Below, piece after piece: positions 13,015 to 24,200 of a stretch of 64,000 bases of DNA. The notes below the pieces were generated by a model. The model was given only the letters and a program-made list of their open reading frames with translations. It did not search any database and was not told where the DNA came from. Every line of letters begins with the position of its first letter. The first letter of the stretch is position 1. The stretch is from positions 16,406,651-16,470,650 of the forward strand of contig CM120647.1 in assembly GCA_051362555.1 (NCBI GenBank), written 5' to 3'. Source of the stretch: Lingula anatina (lineage: Eukaryota > Animalia > Brachiopoda). A program made the translations under genes and the position numbers.

Positions 13015-15139
13015 GAGATGGAAGAACAACCTACCATCTTTTACAATTTTGTTAGTGCTCTCTAGGAATAAAGTCTCATTTGGAGACATTTTGTGGAATA
13101 CAACCTTCTGAATGGAGGACTTCCCACTCCTGCAAGAGACAAGATCATGATTGTGATAGAGTGGATTAAGTGAGGGTGATGAGACAGAGCACATTAACTT
13201 AACCAACACACAATGTGCCAGGGCAAAAGTCATATTGCTAAAAAAACTGTCACATCTAACACAATGTGCTGTCACATCTAACACAAGACACTGTCACATC
13301 TAACACAATATACTGTCACATCTAACACAATGTACTGTCACATCTAACACAATATACTGTCACATCTAACACAATGTGCTGTCACATCTAACACAATGTG
13401 CTGTCACACCTTACACAATATACTGTCACATCTAACACAATATACTGTCACATCTAACACAATGTACTGTCACATCTAACACAATGTATGATCAAGACAC
13501 TTAACACAAGTTTGTTTCGTCATATATTACACACTGAGCCAGACTAAAACTCTCAAAAACTGCTGTTCATATTTTACGCAACTGGTGGTCTCATCTGAAA
13601 CAATGTGTTGTCACAACTTACACAATATACTCTTACCCAACCAACATGTGCCCTTACACTTTTTATTTATTATATGCTGTCATATAATAGTGCTTTTATT
13701 TTTATTTTTTTTTCAAATCTGGACATCAGCAGGTCTATAAAAACATTCATGCAGTCTTCACTTAATAAAACCTGTAGCAGAAATTGCTCATTAGCCAAAA
13801 GCCAGAAGTGGAGGAAATCGTACAAGATTTAATCAATGACATATAAACCTGCTTTATAGAACAAAAATAAACTTCACCTCCGTAGTCCCATAAGTAAAAT
13901 TCTTGGTTTATTTTCCGTGGGCACAATGCCGACGGCATCACTGTCTGTGTCATCGGGGCCATAGCCAAAATCTTTAGGAAATGAGCCGACTACACTATAG
14001 CCATACCCATCCTCATCGTCATAGGACTGAAAGTGGAAATATGAATTTATCAATGTTACCCTTAACCAAACATACAAAAACACTGGGGCTTCTTAGCATA
14101 TGTATGTGTGTGTGTGTGTGCACGTATATGTATGTGTGTGTGTGTGTGTGCATGTGTATGTGGATGTGTGTGTGTGTGTGCATGTGTATGTGGATGTGTA
14201 GTGTGTGTGTGCATGTGTATGTGGATGTATGTGTGTGTGTGCACGTATATGTATGTGTATATGTGTGTGTGCACGTATATGTATGTGTGTGTGCATGTGT
14301 ATATGGATGTATGTGTGTGTGCACGTATATGTATGTGTGTGTACGTATATGTATGTGTGTGTGCACGTATATGTATGTGTGTGTGCACGTATATGTATGT
14401 ATGTATGTGTGTGCATGTGCATTTCCATATGTGAAGCTTATCTCTCTCTGTTTCTAAGCGGTTTTACAACATCTCAAAGTTAACAATATTTTGTACCTGT
14501 AAGGTAACCATAAAAAGCAACTATGGTACATTAATAACTGGACTTTGGATGTAGTGAGACACATGTAAGTTGACACTGAGCTATAAATGCCCCAAGTCAC
14601 CATGGTACAAGGTGCAATGTAAATAGACTGACAGTCTATTTGTATATGTAATGTAAAAGATAAAAGGTGGGGAGTGAAAATGTTCTAAATATGCTATGAT
14701 GATAATTCTAATTCTAAGATAATGCACTGGAAAAAAAACATTCCTAGAGTGAAATATAAAGGTGAGATAATATGTATTTTTAAATTTTAAAAAAATTAAA
14801 TGGTTACAAGGAAATCTGATTGTTTTCCTATTGATGACCTTAATTGATAAAATGGAGGACGTATTTTGAATTGTCTTCGAGGACTATCAAACTGCACACT
14901 TTGTGAGAAACAACAACAACAAAACAACAAACATTAGTCACACTCAAAGAATACTATGACCATGGGCATAAAATGCAAAGCACGTCCATGAAAACTGCCC
15001 CCGATATTGGGCCATAAGAATCCGATTATAAACAAAAATAACCTAATTTAACACCAAAATATTGAACTTTAAGAACTGAATGAAGCGATTACCCTCCTTG
15101 AATAGCTATCGGTCACTTATTAAAGCTAAAACTCACCAT
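9429..15139 (-). CDS. RRAGC: Ras-related GTP-binding protein C/D (RagC/D), 383 aa
   Basis: Exons 15139-15137 (ATG only), 14026-13878, 13129-13035, 12710-12577, 12040-11841, 11523-11409, 10957-10815, 10407-10259 and 9592-9429 total 1152 nt in frame. Motifs: [47 protein letters not shown]. Confidence 0.96.
9862..10275 (-). repeat. Minisatellite built from the RagC/D exon 8 end plus splice donor
   Basis: About 11 copies of TACTCACCCTGTTTYTCAAA (minus strand: ..GAAACAGG|GTGAGTA) separated by C-runs. Confidence 0.9.
11138..11268. repeat. 17-bp minisatellite (GTGTGTTAGGTGTGACA)
   Basis: About 7 degenerate tandem copies; reverse complement of the core at 13247-13488. Confidence 0.8.
13247..13488. 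repeat. 22-bp minisatellite (CTGTCACATCTAACACAATRTR)
   Basis: About 11 tandem copies in RagC/D intron 2. Confidence 0.92.
14098..14420. repeat. Compound (TG)n/TGCACGTATATGTA microsatellite
   Basis: Low-complexity purine-pyrimidine alternation that produces spurious His/Thr and Cys/Val ORFs. Confidence 0.95.
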
Positions 15140-15510
15140 TTTTATTATCTGCACTCATCCGCCTCTGTCATGTGACGCGAGAAAATAGGTATTAATTTTG
15201 TGCCGATGCACCTGAAATCAGGTTATACAGATACATATTTTTATGACTTAAGGACTTGATTCAAAATTGCATGCTACAAATACGCTCTATAGAGCAAAGG
15301 TAAAAAGAACAGATTTGTTTCATAGTATCAAAAAACAATGAAAATTCCCTGCTGCAAAGAAATATAACATTTTTAACGTCATAGCATCAGAGGTTATCTT
15401 TTTACCCATTCAAACAACTTGACCTCATTTCACTTTGGCACGAGGGTAAACAAGCGATGAACTTGAAGTGAGGCTTATAATTAAATAAACTTTCGGTTTG
15501 CTCGCCCAAA
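15140..15510. promoter_or_regulatory. Bidirectional promoter RagC/D - ZnT2 with M-box/CLEAR-like and MRE-like sites
   Basis: Divergent ATGs are 371 bp apart. GTCATGTGAC lies at 15167-15176 and TGCACTC (TGCRCNC) at 15150-15156. Confidence 0.6.
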
Positions 15511-18500
15511 ATGCCGGAACACGGCTCACCGAGGCTAGGAAGACCCCGGCCAGGGTCCCGACACCGCTGTGCGTCCATGTCTCTTATCCACGATGAGTCG
15601 GAAGCGGCGAACGAAGGCACCCCACTGTTGCTCGGTACCTCCGTCCCACAGCCAGGGAATCCTGTCGCCCGACTTCTGGCGGAGGCGGGCTCAAGGTGAC
15701 AACTTCCGCATTTACTTTTATTTTTTAAAAAATATTTATTTTGAATTAAAAACTTCTGCAGGAACTTTTACAGGCATATTTTGTATCAAAATCGCAGTTT
15801 AAGCTTTTTGGGAACAGAGATTTTAGACAAAATATGGGATTTAAATAAATACACCCCATCATATATCTTTGCCACTTCGCTCACTCCTTGACACTAAAAC
15901 GCCCTGGAAGACGCGTTTTGTATTTTAGTGCAGTAAAAACTTTTAGGAAATGGAAATATAAGACGAGAATATGCATGGGATGTTATAATATAAACTTTGC
16001 CACCTTGACACGAAAACTTCCTGGAGGAAAGTGACACTCAACTTTAATGGTGAACTTTTTACAAGTTATTTTATTGTTGCTGATGGAAAGATAAAAGAAT
16101 TTGCACAATCACTCTGTTATTAATGAATTGGTTATAAAACTGTGACTTTGGTATGGACAGATTCTGTTAAATATGCAGACAATTTCATTACCTAGTCAGC
16201 TGATGATATGAGATACTGGTATTTTTTATGGGTAGGAAAATGAGTCAGAGTGCTTGTGCTTTCATTGTGCTTGAAAAAAAAAAAAACAAACAAACAAACA
16301 AACAAACATATGGAATGAAAATGGAGGAAAATGAAATGCTTTTTTAAAGAATATTTTACATCCAATTTGTGTATTTATTTGTATGTATTGAGTACTTATA
16401 ATTACTGTATTATTAATTGCCAGTATTATCAATAGCTTTACTTATTTGTTTAAAGTTCAAAATAAATGTGACAGTGTTGGTTTTATAGTTCATTTTAACT
16501 GTAACTTAATATCTGTAGCAATTATTGCATTTTTTAAAGTATATGTATGTAATCAGTCAAAGAGTTTTTGTTAGTGTCAGCTGTTCACAGTCTTTTGGAA
16601 CTGAAGGTAGAAAAGTCAGTTTCAAAATTGTTTTATTCATGCCGAAGATAGCTGAGGCATGACAGTGTACATCTTCTATTATTCAAAATGCAACAGATTT
16701 GTTATAATTGACTATGTGTGAAGTTGCTTGATTATTGGCCAATTTTCATAAAAGCTATTAAGTTGGCTCAAAGATAAATATGAGAACAATCTGCTTTTCT
16801 CATTATGACTGTGATCTTGTGTTTTAATCAGTTTGAGATACCGGTATATCAGATATGTTACATTTGGCATTTCATTTATTTATTTATTTTTTGATAACGT
16901 GCAACCAAAAATTGAAAAGCAAGAAATAATTGTAAAATTAGAAATAATTAACATCAAAGTAAATCAGTTAAGATCACTAACGATGAAATCAGAGGTTTTG
17001 TTTTATAAAGATTGACCTCATTTTATAAGATTAATACCTGATAGATATATATATTTTTGCTATCTTTGGTTGATATTTAGCTTTTTATCAACCATGATTA
17101 ATTTTAAAAACTAGGACAGTACTAGTTATCAATTTGTGTACATAATTTCATTAATACATATATGCCAACTAGTATATCTTTCATGTTTAATCATTAGCCA
17201 CATGGTTATAAATGTCTCTGAAAATTCACTAATAATTTTTTTTTAAAGTAGCAAAATATTTCAACATTTCCTTTCACATAATATATGACCTGAAGTCATT
17301 GGTGTATATTTTCTATGCTTGTGTTTAGCCTAGAACATTTACCTCTCAGCAAGGCTTTTCCTAACAAACTCTTCAGTCATCATTTGGTCGACCAACAGCA
17401 TCACTGGATGGCCTATTTTTTCAAAGACAGCTTATGAATTTTTTTAAACAGATGGCATGGACTCCCTAAAATTTTGTAGGAAATTACAGGTGGTAATTTT
17501 GGACGATCTGCACCCCCCAATCAATACCTTTCTGGAAATTTCTGCAAAGTTCACCTTCATAGGACATGACCTTTCACAGGATAAAACCTTTTTATTCTAT
17601 TTCTATTATTAATGATTCCATATACTAGTAGTTTGAAGAAAACGCCATTAAGCATGCAGAAAGGGTCATGGGAGGCCCCAGCTTGTGTTTATTTATTAAC
17701 CAATGATGCACAGAAGGTTAAAGTGCAGGAAAAACTTAATAGTACCCTGACTTCTTCACCTTCTATGTATTATTCTTATTCTTATTATTTTATATTAGAA
17801 AAGAATTCATTTTGACAATTGTATGTTTTAACTCAGCTTCTTAAAAAGTCCTCAGTCAAAATAAGAAAATATACATACATAATCCAAGCATTTGTGTAAT
17901 GGTTGTTAGTTGTTATCAAGTTGAGGAAAAATATCCATTTCTGTAAGCAAAGGAACAGATTTTGTGTGTGTGTTTGTGTGTGTGTGTGTGTGCGTGCATG
18001 GGTGCGTGCATGTGTAAGGGTGGGCACATTTGTGTTTAGCAATGTGTTTGTGTGCAATATATCATGCACACTTGTGTACTAGTAAGCTGTGTTAAAAAAG
18101 TGCAAGAGGAGATCAGCTCCATTGTGATTTCAGCTTACACAAAAAAAAAATAAATAAATAAAAAAATACACACACACACAAAAAACTCTGAATTGATAGT
18201 TGTTCATGTCATATTTGTTCTTGTCATTATAATAGAAATGTTGTCATTATTACATCAACTGAATTGTTATGAAGTCAACATGTTCAGCAGCAGTTTCCAG
18301 GTCTGCAAGCATGTTTTATGTACGGAATGTGTATAATTACAGGCATCAGATCTCTTGGAGGCCGTGCTCTTTTAAATAAATTACAAAATTATGTGCATTT
18401 CATGTTCCATTAAATCCTATACAGTTATGTTCTATTGTACCATGTTCATTTTAATAAATCATAATTATTCAAGAAAATGTAGGGCATGTCCTTACATATG

Positions 18501-21243
18501 ATAAGATAAGCTGAAAATACTTATCTAATTCTTTTTACGATTGATTGAAGGTCATATTGGTGGCTCTGCTTCTTGTAAGGGCCTGCTCACAAAAGTTTTT
18601 ACTAACGCACCTCATATAATCACCAGCTTTTTCTGTTCTACACAATGTCAGGCATAGGCATGCTACTAAGTGATCTGGGCTCCATATCTCGAAAGGTTGC
18701 TATGTTGCGCACGTGCGCAAGTGTCTCGATTCCATGGCCCTGTATCGCGAAATAGAATTGGTTATGGAATCAAGACACTAACGAACGTGCGCAACATAGC
18801 GAACCTTTCGAGATAAGGAGCCCTGTTATTCTGATTGCATTCAGCGTGAGTCCCCGTGGACTTAGTGTGCGTAAGCTAAGTCGACAAAATTCATTGTGAA
18901 TGGTCCCTTAGACTGGGTTCCCATAGATTTAGATCGATCCATCTGGATTGACATAATTCCCTGGGGGTTCACGCTAAATTGCTGTTAGCCCTGTGCGCAA
19001 GAAAATTAATTACCCACTTACAGCTTTTAGTAGGTAGGACAGACATTTAAGCCAGTTAACTTGACAGCAATCTAGTGAGACTCCCCAGGGGGATAGATTG
19101 ATCTAAATATCTGTGGGAATGGTCTCTTTGGCCTGATGTGACAGTAGCAATTTGGCATAACAATACAAAACCTTCACTATTAAAATGAGTATCCTAAAAA
19201 ATAATATTGTTATCAGAAGTTTGTGTGATACTGTTTTTATATAGTCTTGTGCAATTTGGTCTGTTTAACCCCCCAACAATCATGTTGAAATTTTGTCCCA
19301 TTTGTTAACTCTGACTGTTTTGGTCTTCAGGAAAATATATTTTCATTTTTTTTTTTTTGTAAAGTGATGGTACAAAAGTGAATCTTTTCTAAAGAGAAGT
19401 CAAAACATTATGCCTCATTGGTAAAAAAAGTGTTTAAACTGTTAAGAAACAATTTACTTTGTTTGTACAATTTTTTGGCCTTGTTCAGTTTTGGATAAAT
19501 CTGTAGTGCTTGGCCCATCCACCAATGCCATTTTCATTTATAGTATCATTGGGAATAAGCCGTGAGACAATTAAGTGACTATTGGACAGATTTTGAAAAT
19601 GTTAGACCTCCCTTTTTTACACTCTCTCTCTGTCTCTTTTTTTTTTTTTTTCTCATATTAACGAATTCAGATCAACTCAAATGGAACAATTGATAAAATG
19701 GAGCATGATATGATTCTGATTCACACAAAAGTGCCGCTTAAGTAATAAATACTATATCAGGGTTCTGAGTATTTAATGAGCATGGCAACCACAAAAGGAT
19801 TGGCAAGATGATGGTTCTGGCATCTGGTGCTCTGTTTCAGTTGGATCAGATTTATTTCTCTCTCTCTCTCTTCACTGCTGCTTTTGTATGAATTGTAAGC
19901 GAGCCGAGGCAGTTACTGTCTATTTGAAGTAGGTATTATTCTAAGTTTAAATATGAGGCGATAATGTTGAGTTTGTATTGATAATATGGGTTTAAGTTTT
20001 GTCATAGGATGGGAATATTCATCTGTGATAAGTCTCTTAACTAAGGAAATTAGATGTGCTGTTCAGGTAATGTATATTAGTATTTACTAGTACTTATAAG
20101 ATATTTTAGATTGTAGAAGTATGATTAGATGTTAGAGTGACGATAATGTTCAGTTTATATTGACAATATGAGTATATGTGTTGTCATAGGATGGAAATAT
20201 TCATCTGTGATAAATCTCTTAACTAAGGAATTTATACGCTCAGGTCAGATAATGTATATAAGTATATATTTGACTTAAAAAGTTATTTTAGATGGTAAAA
20301 TAATATGATTCAACACAGGTTAGTGTGATGAGGAAACATTGTGTCATCTCATTGTAACTTTGGAAGTCCAATAGAATAATGAAGAATTCATGTAACATAG
20401 ACATAATATTCAGTGGCAAAAAAGTTCAGCTCATTGTAACATATTGCTGGAGTACGTTTTGTGCAGTCAACGTGGTCGCAGTGTCTCAAAAACGTAATGT
20501 TTATGCAGGTTATGTATTATAGTAATATACAGTCTGGGAAATTTCACTTTTGACAGTAATTAAGCGAGAAAATTAGAACTCAAAAACAGGTTCATAGATT
20601 GTAATTAAGATTTTTTCAAGTTGTTGGGTATGTCTATATACGTACATCTATCTTGGTGATTGAAGAAAAAGTGTTGAAATATTATGGAAAATTTACTTCG
20701 CCTCTACCCCTTAGCCATATGCCAGTGAAATCAAAGAGGGCGCAGTAAACTTTTATCTCTGTTCAGTTTCTGTGTTTGCTCCATGATTTGGGCCAAGATA
20801 TTCTTAGTAAAAAGGGCTAAAAAGGTTTAAAAGGTTATTTATTTATTCATTTATTTATTTATTTATTTATTTAAAATTACATATAAGACAGGTAGTAGAA
20901 AGCTAAAATTTATTGACAGAAGCTACATGAACAAACCCCCAAATTTTCTGAACTTTTGTGAGACAGATTTGTCTGTAAATCCTTCAGAAAAGGTCCTCAT
21001 GTTATAAATTATTACTGATATAATTACCTCATTAGGTGAGTTCTCTAACACAAACATGGTTATAATGATATAGTCAGGCATGCTGGTTAACGGAGGAAGG
21101 TGGTGATTTAAAAGACACATCTGTGCTGTTTTATTGTATAGTCTTTGTGATAATATAGTGTTGCCCACACACATAATTGATAAGTGTGTTTGATGGTGAA
21201 GATATAACATGAAAATAAGCAAAATACATGTCTGGCTGCCAGA

Positions 21244-21299
<56 letters not shown>

Positions 21300-24200
21300 G
21301 AGAAATATACTGTTTAACACACCTCATACACATACACACATTCAGCACTCTGATTTTCACATTTAATGACTTCCATTCATTTCAATCTGGTTTCTCTCTC
21401 TGTCCACTCCTACTATCCTTAATTCAATATCTGTAAAATTTAACAACGATTTTTCATGCTAGGAACTATGGGGCGCCGTACCAGCAAATTCCTACAGAGC
21501 CAGAGATGCCTCCTCAGGCCAAAGGTAAGAATTCTCTTAAATTATAAATTCAGAACAGATGATCCAAGGACTAATTGATCCACTGATTTAGTTGAAAGTG
21601 TCTGTGGAAAAGGGGCCATAAATATTTTAATGTGAAGTCATGACCCCCTGCACTGAATATCTTATGAATATCTGAAGTGGAATATAAGATGATTAGCATA
21701 AGAAGCTGAAGTCAAATTATTGAATTGTTTTAATTTGTATATGGACTCGTGTTTGGATTGTGATAAATTTTTTTGTGAATTATTAGACTACTTAGGTTGT
21801 AAAGTTTTTTCTTGATATGTTTAAACCAAACAATTTATTTTTGATGTCACATTTTTTTAATGAAAACTAGCTTGATAAAAAATAAAGTGTATACTACAAG
21901 CAGTAAAAGTTATTCTGGCACATAATTAAAAAGTTGCCATTATATTTACAGGAAGTCATTGTCACATTGATAACAAATTATCAAAAGTCTCTTTTTCATC
22001 TTACAAAAAATATTTTGCAGTGCTTCAAAAAAAAAAAAAAAAAGTTAATGACAGGTCTCAATATAACTTAAAGTATTAGTGTTAAATAGATCATTATTAT
22101 TATTATTATTATTATTTGTACTGTCATTCCTTTCTCCCGTATTGTATTGTTAGGTGACCAGTTCTGTCAGTGAACACCTTTCGCTCTCAAAGATGCATAT
22201 TGCATTCTACGCTAGATGTATTAGCAGGATTAGTTGCTTCGCATGCTGTAGTACGTACAATATTTCCCCCCAAAAAAATGAAGCAAAACAGATTGTTGTC
22301 AATAGTAGCAGTCAGCACTTTTTTAGGAATGATTAACTATTTGATACTACTAGTACTCCATTAGGGACTTGTTTTGTGATGGACTATTTGATATTAATTT
22401 TACTCTTTTTATGTTTTATGATTAACTTTTTGATGATAATCTTTAAGGGTTTATTTAATTTTTAACTCTCTGAAATTACTCTGTTAAAACCTTAAAAGTA
22501 TCTTTTATAAAGTATGTGACATTACTCTTTTGTGTCCTTATTTTATGATTAACTTTTTGATGTTTTTTAGGGGTATTTATTTTTTATTAACTTTCTGATT
22601 TTACTATTTAAAAACTATATTTTATGTTTAAATAATAATATTAAGTTTTGATTTTATTCTGTAATAGTCTTTTTTATGATTAATTTTTAGTATTATTTTT
22701 ATTTTCTTATTCTATGATTAACCTTAACATACTTTATGGCCTTGTTTATGATGAATCTTTTGATGTTAGTCTGTTCTGGTAAATAGAATCTAGTCAGGCC
22801 TGCAGCCAATAAATAAATAATGCCCCCTTATTCATTTAACTTCATATTAACATGTATATAATGACTGAGTCCCACACATTTTCTGGGGCTTATCCAGCAT
22901 CATTGTTTCCAACAATTTGCATTTTTTTTTGAAAAAAAAAAGAGAAAAATAAAATTAATGTTATTTCTCTGTAGCTAAAATAGTATTTATTGGATAATAT
23001 GTATCAAACATAGCTTGTCGTTACACTTCAACTTTTTTTTAGTTTTTATAACACTCAAGCTTTGATAAGAGTCAAGTATTAATTTGAAATTAATTTGTGA
23101 CACTCAAGCTTTCTTTCTTTTGTACATGTTTGTCATAAATAGATACTGAGCTACTGCATCTGTTGCTTATTCATAAATGCAAGTTGTTTGCTCTAAAAGT
23201 CAAAAATCCTTTTTCAAAGTACCACTATTACAAACTTATCCTTTTCAGATTTTTGGAATTATGCATGTGGAAGGTGTTAGGTCTTGTGGTGTCGATACAA
23301 ATAATGTACAGTTTACAGGATTTATTTGCCTTTGTTCATTATTTACTAAACATTGCCTTCTTATTATTTAACTGTGATCTATCCATTTCTTTATCAGTGT
23401 ATGTTATTGTATTGATTTGATTTTCTTTCCATTATTTGAAGTACATGGTTGTTTTTCCATGCTATGTTATACTGGTGCATGGCCATTGGTGTAGCAAGTT
23501 TGTTTCTCCATTCCTTATTTTATAGGAAGCCACTGCCATAACAAGTTCAGAACGGCCAATGAGGTGGATCGTAGGGCGCGAAGAAAGCTAATTATGGCAA
23601 GCGTGCTGTGTCTCGCTTTTACCATTGGAGAAGTTGTGGGTGAGATTTTAATGCCCTAAGCTTTAGGGTTGGAAAAGAAGAAGGAAAGACAAATATGATA
23701 AAAAAATTGAAAATGAAGGAACTGCGTGATTTCCTGTAATCTCATTTTATCCTATGTATTTCAAATGGTTGATGAGAAATTAACATGTACAAGAAGTAAG
23801 AAGAAAAAAAAGCAAAGAAAAATGTTGACCTGAAAATAAAGTGTCTGATTCAAGTATATGTTAAATTTTTTTGATTTGAGAGCTCATTAGTGTTCTAGTA
23901 AATACACAAATTTTTTTATGAGTGTTGTGGTTGTGAAATTATTTTAACCTCCACCTTCAAAGATGTAATGTTTTCCTCTGCATTTATTTATCTGTTTATA
24001 TCAAATTGTTCTTTGCAAATTTTGATTTTTTTTTTTTTTTTGCAATGACTGTTCTTTAAGGGGGAAAGAAGTGATTAGAATTTCAGCTGAATCCAGACCT
24101 CCTAATATTTAAAAAAAATATTGCCTTTTTACCTTGTCAGAGGTCTAAAGAATTATTCTCTCCATAGGTGGCGCTCTAGCTGGTAGTCTTGCTATCATGA

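Noticed and set aside
13981-14483. His/Thr-rich and Cys/Val-rich ORFs resembling metal-binding proteins
   Set aside because: They are translations of a (TG)n-type microsatellite in RagC/D intron 1 and are open in nearly all frames.
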